Shown here piece after piece: positions 1-9,268 of a DNA stretch of 64,000 nucleotides. The stretch covers positions 46,197 to 110,196 of the forward strand of contig PAQX01000019.1 in assembly GCA_002709835.1 (NCBI GenBank), written 5' to 3'. The position numbers and the translations under genes are program-made. The stretch comes from Deltaproteobacteria bacterium (GTDB lineage Bacteria; Myxococcota_A; UBA9160; UBA4427). Every line of letters begins with the position of its first letter. Within the stretch, counting starts at the first letter, position 1. The notes below the pieces were generated by a model. The model ran no database searches. It had not been told where the DNA came from and saw only the letters and a program-made list of their open reading frames with translations.

Positions 1-1
1 G

Positions 2-322
2 AACTTCTTCTTCGGCTGCGAGGCGGACGATCCGCTGATCCACCACGCGTTCGACCCGAAAGGACTGCCGAAGGGCGTTCAGCTCTCGACGCTCTACGGG
101 TCGGACATCGGCCACTGGGACGTGCCCGACATGCGCGACGTTCTGCACGAAGCCTGGGAAGGCGTCGAGGAAGGTCGCCTTGATCGCGACCAGTTCCGCG
201 CCTTCACCTTCGAAAACGCGGTCCGGTTCTACACCGACACGAACCCCCGCTTCTTCGAGGGAACGCGGATCGAGGCGGAGGTCGATGCGTTCCGGGCGAG
301 CGATCAGATCTCGTCGACGTAG
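2..322 (+). CDS. amidohydrolase-family protein, C-terminal fragment (5' end lies outside the window)
   Basis: Frame 2 is open from the window edge to TAG at 320-322. The translation NFFFGCEADDPLIHHAFDP...GSDIGHWDVPDM...FTFENAVRFY looks like the C-terminal part of TIM-barrel metal-dependent hydrolases. The family call is from motif memory only. Confidence 0.55.
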   Translation, partial: NFFFGCEADDPLIHHAFDPKGLPKGVQLSTLYGSDIGHWDVPDMRDVLHEAWEGVEEGRLDRDQFRAFTFENAVRFYTDTNPRFFEGTRIEAEVDAFRASDQISST

Positions 323-1122
323 CGATCGGTGCCAGGAATCGTCGGAAGGAAGCCCGCGGCCATCGAGACCTCGCCCATCCCCGCCGCTTCCTGCGCGGCC
401 CCGAATTCCGCGAACGTCTCGGACCACACTGCGTCCGGCGTCTGGTCCAGGAAATAGATCTCGAGGGTCCGCCGGTCCGCCCCGTCTTCCGGCGGCACGT
501 AGACCGGCGAGGACTCCGGGAGCTGGAGCTGATCGAGGGAGAGACAAAGCGCGGCGCTCGAGCCGGGGAGCGTCCTCGGCAGGTACTCATCGACGAGCCA
601 AACCGATCTCGCTTCGCTCGTCACGCCCTCGGGAAGCTGGGACAAGACGAGCACCACGCCCGGAAAGGCATGATCCAGGGCGACTTCCGGCGGAATCCCG
701 TCGTCCTCCCTCGTCACGGCCAGACGATGGGCGTAGAAGCTCGCGTGCACGGCCTTGCGTGCCCCACCTCCATCCATTCGACCCTGGGCGTGCAACGAGA
801 GAACGCGCTCGAGGGACCAGTCCTCGGTCTTCTGGTGGTAGCCCCGCTCCATCCAGTAGAGCGCGAGAAAGGAACCGAGGGACGTGTCCGCGACCTGCCC
901 CGAGGATGCGGGATAGCGCAGCTTCTTCAGGTCCCGGGTCGCGACGAAGCGGCGCCCTGCGAAGAAGTGCTCGCCGGTCATGCAGCCCGCATAGAAATGA
1001 TCCCGCTCGTACCAGCGGTTGAAATCGCGGGCCTTCCCGGGCGCCGGCTCGAGCAGGCTGACCAGGATACTGCCGAGGCCGACACCGTATTCAGGCGCTT
1101 CGTCGGCGCGGATCACGTGCAT
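304..1122 (-). CDS. conserved hypothetical protein (272 aa)
   Basis: Long ORF with normal amino-acid composition (MHVIRADEAPEYGVGLGSILVSLLEPAPGKARDFNRWYERDHFYAG...), unlike the Arg/Pro/Gly-rich alternative frames. No family recognised. It converges on and overlaps the upstream gene end by 19 nt. Confidence 0.6.
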   Translation of the reverse strand: MHVIRADEAPEYGVGLGSILVSLLEPAPGKARDFNRWYERDHFYAGCMTGEHFFAGRRFVATRDLKKLRYPASSGQVADTSLGSFLALYWMERGYHQKTEDWSLERVLSLHAQGRMDGGGARKAVHASFYAHRLAVTREDDGIPPEVALDHAFPGVVLVLSQLPEGVTSEARSVWLVDEYLPRTLPGSSAALCLSLDQLQLPESSPVYVPPEDGADRRTLEIYFLDQTPDAVWSETFAEFGAAQEAAGMGEVSMAAGFLPTIPGTDRYVDEI

Positions 1123-1135
1123 GCCGTTGCTCCGC

Positions 1136-1543
1136 CTACCATCCGTCCGGAAACATCACGCGGCCGGCGAGGGCCGTGTCCATGTACTCCTTCCACTCGG
1201 TGACCTGCCCATCCCGGGCGCGCATCACGAAGTGGTACTGCTGCTCGTAGCGGTCGCCCCGGAAGGTCGTGCCCGCGCTGTGTGCCTCGATCGCGACGGT
1301 GTCGCCCTCCGCGGTCATCCGGTCGATCGTGAAGACGAGCCCCTCCGGGAAGAGATCGAGCACCGCAGGCATGCCCGCGACCGCGCTCGCCTTGTCGCCG
1401 TCGCCGCTGAACGGAAGGTCTCCGGCCGCCCAGATCTTGAAGTCCTCGGCGTAGTTCTTCTTGACCCATTCGACGTCGGCGCGGGTGAGCGCGTCGATCA
1501 TCTCCCTGGCGAGCTGCTTGTTGACTTCTTCCTGTTTACCCAT
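1136..1543 (-). CDS. SnoaL-like / NTF2-fold protein (135 aa)
   Basis: The plausible protein starts at the ATG at 1543 (MGKQEEVNKQLAREMIDALTRADVEWVKKNY...TAEGDTVAIEAHSAGTT...DGQVTEWKEYMD). The listed 312-aa ORF has an Arg-rich N-terminal extension that overlaps the next gene and is discarded. Confidence 0.75.
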   Translation of the reverse strand: MGKQEEVNKQLAREMIDALTRADVEWVKKNYAEDFKIWAAGDLPFSGDGDKASAVAGMPAVLDLFPEGLVFTIDRMTAEGDTVAIEAHSAGTTFRGDRYEQQYHFVMRARDGQVTEWKEYMDTALAGRVMFPDGW

Positions 1544-1596
1544 GACGGGGGACTCCTCGATTCGGTCGGGGTTCGGTTCTTCGGTCGGAGGCGAGC

Positions 1597-2496
1597 CTAG
1601 AGCAGTCGGCCCGTCTGGTGCTCGCCCTTCATCGTCGTACGATGGACGACGCGATCCAGTCCAGTGGGGACGCCGCGGGCGGTATGCATCGTTCGCCAGT
1701 TGTCCCAAAGGACCATGTCGCTCTCCTCCCAATCGTGGACATACGCGAAACGTTCGTCGAGGGTGTGTTCCACGAGGTGCTCGAGGATCGGATCGCCCTC
1801 TTCCCGAGACAGGCCGACCACGTCGATCAGGTGAACGGTCGAGAGGGAGAGCGACTTCCGAGCACTGATCGGATGGACCCAGACGAGCGGGTGCGCGACG
1901 TCGGGAAACTCGGGATACGGGACGCTGCCTTTGTCGACGAGAGCGACGCCCTCGGGCTTCCCGAAGCGCATGACCTCGAGATTCCAGACGAAATCGAAGC
2001 GCGCTTCGAGGCCGTCGATCCGTGCCTTCGTCTCGGCGTCGAGGGCATCGTAGGCGGCCGCGGTGTCGATCCAACCGGTCTCGCCACCGACCGCCGGCTT
2101 TTCGACCATCCGCAGGATCGCGCCCCGGTTCGGCGTCGTCGTGTAGATCAGGTCCGTGTGATACGGGATGCGACCCACGATGTCCTCTCCCGCGAAGCGG
2201 TAGGTCATCTGGTCCGTGTCCCCCGCCTTCTGCGCGAGGCGGATGATCTCGGGGGCGCCCTCGAGGCGGATGCTCTCGACGGGGTGGACTTCGAGCTCGC
2301 CGAAGGCCCGCGAGAGCCGCACGTGAGACTCGTTCGAGGTCCCGATCCCGCGAAACAGCACGATCGCGTATTCGAGCCAGACGGCGTTGAGCGCGTCTGC
2401 GGTCGCCGCGTCGATCTCGCGGTCCAGATCGAGCCCGATCACCTCCGCGCCGATCCCGCCTGCGAGCGGCTTCACGTCGAACGCTGCGCCCCCCAT
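1597..2496 (-). CDS. TauD/TfdA-family Fe(II)/2-oxoglutarate dioxygenase
   Basis: 299 aa. It has the typical family layout: GIGAEVIGLDL near the N-terminus, HTD in IPYHTDLIY (His-x-Asp iron ligands), and WDNWRTMHTA near the C-terminus (distal His/Arg region). Confidence 0.9.
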   Translation of the reverse strand: MGGAAFDVKPLAGGIGAEVIGLDLDREIDAATADALNAVWLEYAIVLFRGIGTSNESHVRLSRAFGELEVHPVESIRLEGAPEIIRLAQKAGDTDQMTYRFAGEDIVGRIPYHTDLIYTTTPNRGAILRMVEKPAVGGETGWIDTAAAYDALDAETKARIDGLEARFDFVWNLEVMRFGKPEGVALVDKGSVPYPEFPDVAHPLVWVHPISARKSLSLSTVHLIDVVGLSREEGDPILEHLVEHTLDERFAYVHDWEESDMVLWDNWRTMHTARGVPTGLDRVVHRTTMKGEHQTGRLL

Positions 2497-4203
2497 CTAA
2501 CGGGCCCCCGCGCCGCGGCGCAGGATACGCCCGGGCAGCGCCCCGGTGTGTCTCCCGTCGCGGAGGAGGACTCGGCCGTCGACGATCGTCGCCAGGAAAC
2601 CAGTGGCTTCCTGGACCAGGCGACGAGCCCCACCCGGGAGGTCATGTTCGATTCGCGGCACCGCCGGCGCGACCGTCTCCGGATCGAAGATCGCAAGATC
2701 CGCGACGAGCCCCTCCGCCACACGGCCCCGATCCGCGAACCCGAAGGCCACCGCCGGCTGAGCGGTCAGCATCGATACCGCCTCTTCCAGCCCGACCGCC
2801 TGCTGCTGACGAACCCAGTAGCCGAGCAGATGCGTCGCGATCGAGCAGTCGGAAATCTGGGACACGTGGGCGCCGGCATCGGAGAACGTGACGAGAGAAC
2901 GTGGATGCTTCATCAGGGCGAGGACCTGCTCCTCGACCTCGTTCGCGAAGGGCTGCAGGAAGTTCTGTTTCAGGTCGCTCTCGAGGGCGAGCTCGATCAT
3001 CAGCTCGACCGGATCGAGCCCCCGCGCCTTCGCGAGATCGCTCACCCGCTCGTGGGGCCCGAGCGGATCGCCCATGATCAGCACCCAATCGTAATCGGGC
3101 TTTCGCGCCTCGGCGCCGACTGCCTGCCCGTACTCTCCGTGATGCGCTTCGTGAACCAGCCTGGCCCGCCTCTCTGGATCCCGGAGCGCGGCAATCTGCT
3201 CTTCCCGAGAATGCGCCCGGAGGGCCTTCCAGCCCGGGAGCCCGTCGAAGGGCAGCTGGCCCTCGAAGTTGAGGACGATGTTGAACTGGCGCGAGTGGAC
3301 CTGCGCGAAAGCGCGCCCCCCGCCGTCGGAGACGCGATCCACGAGTCCCATCCAGGGACGCCAGCTCTCGGGTGCATGGCGGCTGCTGCCCACGCCGAAC
3401 ATGATCGTCGCGCCGCTGTCCTTCGCGAGCGCCTCCATCCGGGCGAAGTACTCAGGCTGAGCACTCGGGTCCTCGACCGCCGCGTCCTCGTTCGTGATCT
3501 CGAAGATCCCGCCGGCGCCCCCCGCCACATCGACCAGGGCGCGAACCTCTTCCCAGCTCGCGATTCGGCTCGCGACCGGACGGTCGTCGGACGTCTGGTG
3601 ATTCAGCGTGCGCGACGTCGTGAAGCCCATCGCGCCGGCGGCCATCCCGGCCGCGAGCTCCCGTTTCATGGCGGCGATGTCGTCGTCGCTGGCTTCCTCT
3701 TCGAAGGCGCGCTCGCCCATCACGTAGGTGCGAAGCGCCGAATGACCGACGTAGCCGCAGTAGTTGATGCCCTTCGGCAGCGCCTCGATCGCGTCGAGGT
3801 ACTCGGCATAGGTCTCGAAGCCCCAGCTGATCCCTTCGGCCATCGCCGCAGGGGAGATATCCTCGGCCCGCTCGAGGTTTCGCACGACGAGCTCGCGGGC
3901 CTCCGCCCGGGACGGTGCGAGAGTGAAGCCGCAGTTGCCCATGACCACGCTCGTGATGCCGTGGTAGGACGAGCAGGTCCCGAGCGGATCCCAGTAGACC
4001 TGGGCATCCATGTGGGTGTGGCCGTCGATGAAGCCAGGCGTGACGACGTGACCTTCGGCGTCGATCGTCTCCGAAGCGGCCTCGCCCGCGAGGTCGCCGA
4101 TCGCCGTGATCCTGCCGTCCGAGATCGCGACGTCGGCGCGCCGGCCGGGCTCACCGGTGCCGTCGATGACGGTGCCGTTCTGGATCAGGAGGTCATGGGC
4201 CAT
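2497..4203 (-). CDS. D-aminoacylase-type amidohydrolase (N-acyl-D-amino-acid deacylase family)
   Basis: 568 aa. The N-terminus DLLIQNGTVIDGTGEPGRRADVAISDGRITAIGDL...GFIDGHTHMD is the characteristic amidohydrolase_3 / D-aminoacylase beginning. The stop abuts the start of the TauD gene (2497/2496). Confidence 0.9.
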   Translation of the reverse strand: MAHDLLIQNGTVIDGTGEPGRRADVAISDGRITAIGDLAGEAASETIDAEGHVVTPGFIDGHTHMDAQVYWDPLGTCSSYHGITSVVMGNCGFTLAPSRAEARELVVRNLERAEDISPAAMAEGISWGFETYAEYLDAIEALPKGINYCGYVGHSALRTYVMGERAFEEEASDDDIAAMKRELAAGMAAGAMGFTTSRTLNHQTSDDRPVASRIASWEEVRALVDVAGGAGGIFEITNEDAAVEDPSAQPEYFARMEALAKDSGATIMFGVGSSRHAPESWRPWMGLVDRVSDGGGRAFAQVHSRQFNIVLNFEGQLPFDGLPGWKALRAHSREEQIAALRDPERRARLVHEAHHGEYGQAVGAEARKPDYDWVLIMGDPLGPHERVSDLAKARGLDPVELMIELALESDLKQNFLQPFANEVEEQVLALMKHPRSLVTFSDAGAHVSQISDCSIATHLLGYWVRQQQAVGLEEAVSMLTAQPAVAFGFADRGRVAEGLVADLAIFDPETVAPAVPRIEHDLPGGARRLVQEATGFLATIVDGRVLLRDGRHTGALPGRILRRGAGAR

Positions 4204-4386
4204 GAAGTGCTCCTCACGTGCGGGCTCTCCATGGTTCCAGGGTGGAACGAGGCTGTAAAGGCGAGCGGAGAAGCCCGGAGAGGCGCGAAAACGAGGCTTC
4301 CGCGGTCAGCCGGCGAGCCGCTGTCCCGAAAGGGACCTCGCCCTTCGAGTGGGCAGCGGCGGGGAGCACCGCGGGCGGCGGAGCGT

Positions 4387-4881
4387 TCAGCTCGCCCCCT
4401 GGGCTCGCTTCATGATCTCCTCCATCCAGCTTGCGGGAAGCTGGCTCGTAAAGGAGTTCATGTCCCAGAATTCGTGCCAGTCGGCGATCTTGCCGGCGCG
4501 GATTTCGTGGACGCACATCACGGGAAGCGCGAGGACCTCCCCGGTCGGGAAGTGCCATTCCTCGGCCCGCCGCGACATCACGCGGACGCCGTCGGCAACG
4601 ACCGTGTTCACGCACATCGGGAACGCGTTCAGCCCCGCGATGGCATTGTTCAGCTTGGCGGTGATCGCCGCCGGGCCCGTCGCGTCGGCATCGTGAGAGG
4701 GCTCGTCCCGATAGCGGGCGTCTTCGTGGAACATCGCGCCGACCGCCCCGAAGTCCATCTTCTCCATCTCTGCGAAGAATCGTTCGATCAGGTCGATGTT
4801 GGCGCGACCGGCGTCGGTCGCTTGCTCACGGGCAGCGTCGAAGGGATTCATCGGGGTCTCCATCTCTTTCAGTGCGGGCAT
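4387..4881 (-). CDS. limonene-1,2-epoxide-hydrolase-like / SnoaL-fold protein
   Basis: 164-aa ORF. The C-terminal VMCVHEIRAGKIADWHEFWDMNSF resembles the LEH family. The true start may be the ATG at 4851 (MNPFDAA...), which has GGAG 6 nt upstream. Confidence 0.7.
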   Translation of the reverse strand: MPALKEMETPMNPFDAAREQATDAGRANIDLIERFFAEMEKMDFGAVGAMFHEDARYRDEPSHDADATGPAAITAKLNNAIAGLNAFPMCVNTVVADGVRVMSRRAEEWHFPTGEVLALPVMCVHEIRAGKIADWHEFWDMNSFTSQLPASWMEEIMKRAQGAS

Positions 4882-4915
4882 CTAGCATAACGATCGGCGA
4901 TGACACTCGCTGCGA

Positions 4916-5788
4916 CTACGGCTGGGCCCGCGCGAAGTCGAGGAGCGCCTCCGCGAGGACAGCGCTGTTTGCGAGGGTGACGTCGTGCGCCATGCCGTCG
5001 ATCACGACGAGCGGCGCGCCGGCACGCTTCGCGGTGTCCTCACCGCAAGCGAGCGGGATCAGCGGATCCTCGCGACCGTGCACGACCTGAAACGGCACGC
5101 TGATCTCGGCGAGTCGCTCGGGCCGGTCTGTGTCCGTCAACACGGCCATCATCTGTCGCGTCGACCCATCCGGGCAATAGCACCGGTCGTAAGCGCCCTC
5201 GAAGTACGCGCGCAGTTCATCCTCCGTCATGGGGAAGCCCGGGCTCATGATGACGGCCTGCGTACGCATGTTGTGTTGAATCACGCCTTCCCGGTCGTCG
5301 GGATCCTCCGGGCGCTCCGTGAGCGCCGCAAGGGCCTCGGGTGTTCCACTCGGCAGGCCCGGTGCGCCGGAGCTCGACATGACGCTCGTGACGGAACGGA
5401 AGCGCTCGCCGTGATCGATCGCGAGGTGCTGCGCGACCATCCCGCCCAGGGAGATCCCGGCGACGTCCGCCCGGTCGATTCCGAGCGCGTCGAGGACGCC
5501 GACGACGTCCCGCGCCATGTCCGCAACGCCATAGAAGGGCGCGACCTTGCCGGTCACCACATCGCCCATGTCGGGCATCGGCTGGCGGTCGAATTTCGTC
5601 GACAAACCGCAATCCCGGTTGTCGAAGACGACCACGCGGTACCCGGCCGCGAGGAAGCGGTCCAGAAAGGCGTCCGGCCACTGGATCAGCTGGGTGGAGA
5701 GCCCGCGGATCAGGACGAAGGCAGGCGCGTCGTCGGGCCCGCGCGTCTCGACCTCGATCCGGATCCCGTTCGCCTCGATCTGTGCCAT
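4916..5788 (-). CDS. alpha/beta-fold hydrolase (290 aa)
   Basis: Starts at the ATG at 5788 (MAQIEANGIRIEVETRGPDDAPAFVLIRGL...). It has the nucleophile elbow GISLGG and HG in VVHGREDPLIP. The listed 423-aa ORF has an implausible Arg/Ser-rich N-terminal extension. Confidence 0.85.
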   Translation of the reverse strand: MAQIEANGIRIEVETRGPDDAPAFVLIRGLSTQLIQWPDAFLDRFLAAGYRVVVFDNRDCGLSTKFDRQPMPDMGDVVTGKVAPFYGVADMARDVVGVLDALGIDRADVAGISLGGMVAQHLAIDHGERFRSVTSVMSSSGAPGLPSGTPEALAALTERPEDPDDREGVIQHNMRTQAVIMSPGFPMTEDELRAYFEGAYDRCYCPDGSTRQMMAVLTDTDRPERLAEISVPFQVVHGREDPLIPLACGEDTAKRAGAPLVVIDGMAHDVTLANSAVLAEALLDFARAQP

Positions 5789-5900
5789 TTCCGTTCCCTC
5801 TCCGCGTGACGCTTCCACTCTACGCGGTAGCCTCCCGTCGGCGCCAGCCGGCCGAACGAACGAGGGTCTCCCGCGACCGGAAACCGGAGGATGAAGAGGC

Positions 5901-6575
5901 ATGAATTCCAGCCACCGCATTCGCGTAGGACTCACCTGTGCCCTTCTGATCCTCGCGACCTCGGGCTGCTCGGCTTCCGCCGACGGTGAATCCGCCGAGG
6001 GCCGCGTGGTCGATGCGAACACCGGTGAACCGATCGCCGGCGTATGGGTCTTCGAGGCCGTCCCCGCCGAACGACTCGCCGCCGACGTCCGCCGCTTCGG
6101 GCGCGTGCGCGAACAACAGACCGACGAGGACGGGCGCTTCCGTTTCGAGCCCGTTGCACGTGGCTTCCTCGAGCGCCTTTTCTCCAAGCCGAAGCCGCCG
6201 CGCTATCACGTCTATCACGAGAGCTACGGCTTCGTCTGGGGTCGCGCCGAAGCGGGCCGAATCGAAATCTCGCTATTCAACTCGAATCCGCAGTATCAGG
6301 ACGCGCTCCTCTTCTGCACGAGCAAGGAAGCAGACCGCCTCCGCGAAAGAGTGCGCTCCCTCCACTGCCCCCCGGCGCAGCCGGAACTCTTTGCCGACGG
6401 ATCACCGCGGACCCGCGGCACACACGATGTGCGGGGAGATCGAACCGGTGTCTGGCGCTTCTACCGAGAGGACGGCTCCGTAATCGCGGAAGGTTGGTTC
6501 GTCGGCGGGGCAGCGACGGGCAACTGGGTATATCGCACTAGACCGGGCAGTACGGGTTCTCGCGAAGGCAACTAA
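5901..6575 (+). CDS. putative lipoprotein with carboxypeptidase-regulatory-like and MORN-variant repeats
   Basis: The N-terminal signal peptide has a lipobox (LILATSGC). GRVVDANTGEPIAGVWV...TDEDGRFRFEPV is CarboxypepD_reg-like. The C-terminal GVWRFYREDGSVIAEGWFVGGAATGNWVY is MORN/YwqK-like. Confidence 0.7.
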   Translation: MNSSHRIRVGLTCALLILATSGCSASADGESAEGRVVDANTGEPIAGVWVFEAVPAERLAADVRRFGRVREQQTDEDGRFRFEPVARGFLERLFSKPKPPRYHVYHESYGFVWGRAEAGRIEISLFNSNPQYQDALLFCTSKEADRLRERVRSLHCPPAQPELFADGSPRTRGTHDVRGDRTGVWRFYREDGSVIAEGWFVGGAATGNWVYRTRPGSTGSREGN

Positions 6576-6891
6576 CAACGGAGATAGTACGGTCAGACAT
6601 CTGCTTCGGTGATCTGCACCGCATAATAACGGCTTCAACGACGAGGTGGAGGACAACCTCCGGAATAACCGCTTCCGCCTCCGCATCGGAATCGAGGTCG
6701 CCCCGCCCGGCCAGTCCCGAATCGCCCCGAACCTCTATCACCGCAATGACCGTCCGGTCGCGTTCGCTGCCCGCAAAGGCGAGCCCTCAGGGACTATCGA
6801 TTCGTGCCGATCGAGTTCCTCGGCTGTCTGCTCCGCGACGTCGGCGCGCGAAGATCGAGCAGATATTCACCGTGCAGACCGAAGACGCGGG

Positions 6892-8121
6892 CTAGACGCT
6901 CATCGCCGCGCAGTAGTCCGCGAAGCGGTCGCGCACGATCTCCCGGGACAAGCCAATCGTGTCGAGCGCGTGCTGATGGCGACCGCCCGGGGACGCCGCC
7001 CGCTGATCGAGAAAAGCGGTCATCGCCGCCCGCGCCGCATCAGTGAACTCGAGCCCGAGGATCTGGTAGATCGTCTGCGCCATCGCGACCGGGTCCGCGC
7101 GCAGGTCGGGATGCCGAACGTCGACGGCCCTGCCTTCCGGCAGTTCCGCACGAAACTTCCGAGCGGCTTCGAGCGCCGGAGGCCAGTACCCGTCGAGGAG
7201 CTCGCGACCGATCGCGCTCGCGTCGACGTCGTCGGTGAAGAGGGCTCGGGTGTACGCGATCAGGCTGCCTACGGACGAGAGCGCTTCGGCGGGATCCCGA
7301 TGGGTGAAGATGAACTTCGCGTTCGGGAAGAGCGCTGCGATCGTCTCGAGGTGGAGGATGTGGGTGGGATCCTTGAGCAGCAGCCGCGCGCCCGCCGGCC
7401 GGGACGCGGTCACGAGCTTCAGCTGCCGCAGGTACGCAGTGTAGGCGACGTCTGGATCCTGCTCGAGCAGCCAGTTCGCATATCCCGGCACACGGTATTG
7501 GAAATCGAACTGATGGGTACGGAATGCGTTCATGAAGAGCGCGACACACTCCTCTGGCGAGTCTGCGGTCATCGGATGGATCGCGTCGTACCCCGGTGCG
7601 AGGAAGCGCAACTGACCGAGCATCTTGTCGAGCCGGGGCGCACGCGTATCGGCTTCACCCTCCGGCGGCGGGACCGGATCGAAGCTCTCCCAGTACGGCA
7701 TCGTCCGGTTCGCCGGATCCTGCGCCAGGAGTTGATGCAAGAAGGTCGTCCCGGTCCGCGCCCACCCGATGATGAAGACCGGCGGTGGCAGCTCGATCGC
7801 CAGGGTCTCGGGACGCGCCGCGAGCGCCCGCTCGATCCGGAGATGGGTCCGCGCGATCCGCAGCGTGTCGTCGAGCGCGGAGAACGTACCGAGGGGAGTG
7901 AAGTCGACGTGACGCCGGAGGTCTTCGACGAGAACCGCGAGGGCCTCCTGGACGTCCGCCGAGGGTTCGGGACAGCCGGGCTCCTTCGCGATCGCTTCCG
8001 TCCAGATCTTCTCGCCGTCGAGGGAGGAGAGCGGCAGGAGTGCCCCGACCCGATTCATCGCGCGCACGAGCCAGGGATGACTCGCGCGGGCCGTCGTGAA
8101 GATCGGAACGTCGATCGGCAT
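6892..8121 (-). CDS. sulfotransferase-family protein (409 aa)
   Basis: Starts at the ATG at 8121 (MPIDVPIF...). It has the PAPS 5'-phosphosulfate-binding-loop-like IIGWARTGTTFLHQLL and FIFTHRDPAEAL (3'-phosphate-binding region). Confidence 0.85.
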   Translation of the reverse strand: MPIDVPIFTTARASHPWLVRAMNRVGALLPLSSLDGEKIWTEAIAKEPGCPEPSADVQEALAVLVEDLRRHVDFTPLGTFSALDDTLRIARTHLRIERALAARPETLAIELPPPVFIIGWARTGTTFLHQLLAQDPANRTMPYWESFDPVPPPEGEADTRAPRLDKMLGQLRFLAPGYDAIHPMTADSPEECVALFMNAFRTHQFDFQYRVPGYANWLLEQDPDVAYTAYLRQLKLVTASRPAGARLLLKDPTHILHLETIAALFPNAKFIFTHRDPAEALSSVGSLIAYTRALFTDDVDASAIGRELLDGYWPPALEAARKFRAELPEGRAVDVRHPDLRADPVAMAQTIYQILGLEFTDAARAAMTAFLDQRAASPGGRHQHALDTIGLSREIVRDRFADYCAAMSV

Positions 8122-8488
8122 CGCCACTCGACTCAGGCTCCCGTCGGATCCGAACAGGGACCGACCCGGGTCTCGCGCATCGGTCCGCCGCGGCCCCACG
8201 AAGCATCGTCGATGTGCGAGAGGGTCGCCCGGCTCATGTTTTCTCCCCGCGGTGTGCCGTCAGGGTAGCCCCGAACGAAGCCCCTCCCACCGCACGACTC
8301 GCCCAACGATCCCGCCGGATGGAGATCGGCCAGACAGCCGTCGACCTCGACCGCCACACGGGGCAAGCAGTCGCGATCGCGATCAGGAAGCGCGTCGTGA
8401 GAGGGCCCGCAGGACGCTACGATTCGGTGCGCCCGCGACGGCGGGCTCGGTCTATCCCTTCGCAGAGCCTTCCGGAGAATCCCCGCCC

Positions 8489-9268
8489 ATGGCCTCGCTC
8501 GACTCGTCCTCGCTCCCCGAGATCTGGCTCGCGACCTTCGCCTTCGCGGGCGTCGTCTCGCTCTTCTCGTCCGGCTTCGCCGTCTTCTTCGAGCGCGTCG
8601 CGACGCGCTACAAGATCTTCGACGTCGAGGTCCCGGCGGAGCAGCTCCGCCACGAACGCCGCGCCTATCTCCGGTTCCTGCTCCTGCTCGCGACCTGCGC
8701 CACGCCCTTCCTGGGGCTCGGCTGGATCCGCTTCGACGCCGAGGGCCCGCTCGCGATCGCCGCGACGTTCGGCGCAATATGGACGGGCTTCGAGATCTAC
8801 TACTACGGGCTTCACCGGTCGCTGCACACGAAGCCGCTCTACCGCTTCCACGTCTACCACCACGAATCCCGCGTCACGACCGCCTGGACCGGGCAATCCC
8901 TCTCCGTCCTGGAGTCCCTCGGCTGGATCGCAGGCCTTCTCGTGATCCCGGCGCTCCTCAGCCTCGTGATGCCGCTCAGCTGGGAAGGATTCCTCGTGTA
9001 CTTCGTGGCGAATACGTTCGTGAACGTCGCGGGGCACGCGAACGTCGAGCTGAACCCGATCTCGGCACGCGCGGCGACGTGGCTCGCCCACCCGTGGCTC
9101 TACCACTCGCTCCACCACGCGCGCTTCCGGAACCACTACGCCTTCGCCAGCACCTTCATGGACCGCCTCTTCGGGACGGAGTGGAAAGACTGGCACGAGC
9201 TGCACGGGCGAGTGGTCGCAGGCGATCCGCTGCCGAGCCTGAACGAGCGCGGTGCCTCGGAGCGCTAG
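8489..9268 (+). CDS. fatty acid hydroxylase / sterol desaturase-family membrane protein
   Basis: Starts at the ATG at 8489 (MASLDSSSLPEIWLATFAF...). It has several hydrophobic segments and three His boxes (HRSLH, HVYHH, HSLHH). The longer 390-aa ORF has an Arg/Pro-rich extension that was rejected. Confidence 0.85.
   Translation: MASLDSSSLPEIWLATFAFAGVVSLFSSGFAVFFERVATRYKIFDVEVPAEQLRHERRAYLRFLLLLATCATPFLGLGWIRFDAEGPLAIAATFGAIWTGFEIYYYGLHRSLHTKPLYRFHVYHHESRVTTAWTGQSLSVLESLGWIAGLLVIPALLSLVMPLSWEGFLVYFVANTFVNVAGHANVELNPISARAATWLAHPWLYHSLHHARFRNHYAFASTFMDRLFGTEWKDWHELHGRVVAGDPLPSLNERGASER

Noticed and set aside
1618-4890. 1090-aa ORF on the plus strand spanning three minus-strand genes
   Set aside because: Its composition is Arg/Asp/Gly/Pro-rich with no recognisable motif. 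It lies antisense to three ORFs with clear family signatures (TauD, D-aminoacylase, LEH-like). It is a typical stop-free antisense frame in high-GC DNA.
6538-6892. Lower-GC gap between the lipoprotein and sulfotransferase genes, with a 67-aa minus-strand ORF (6538-6741) and broken reading frames that look faintly like a decayed small gene pair
   Set aside because: No recognisable family motif was found, frames are interrupted by stops, and no start/RBS context is present. This is not enough evidence to call a gene or a toxin-antitoxin remnant.
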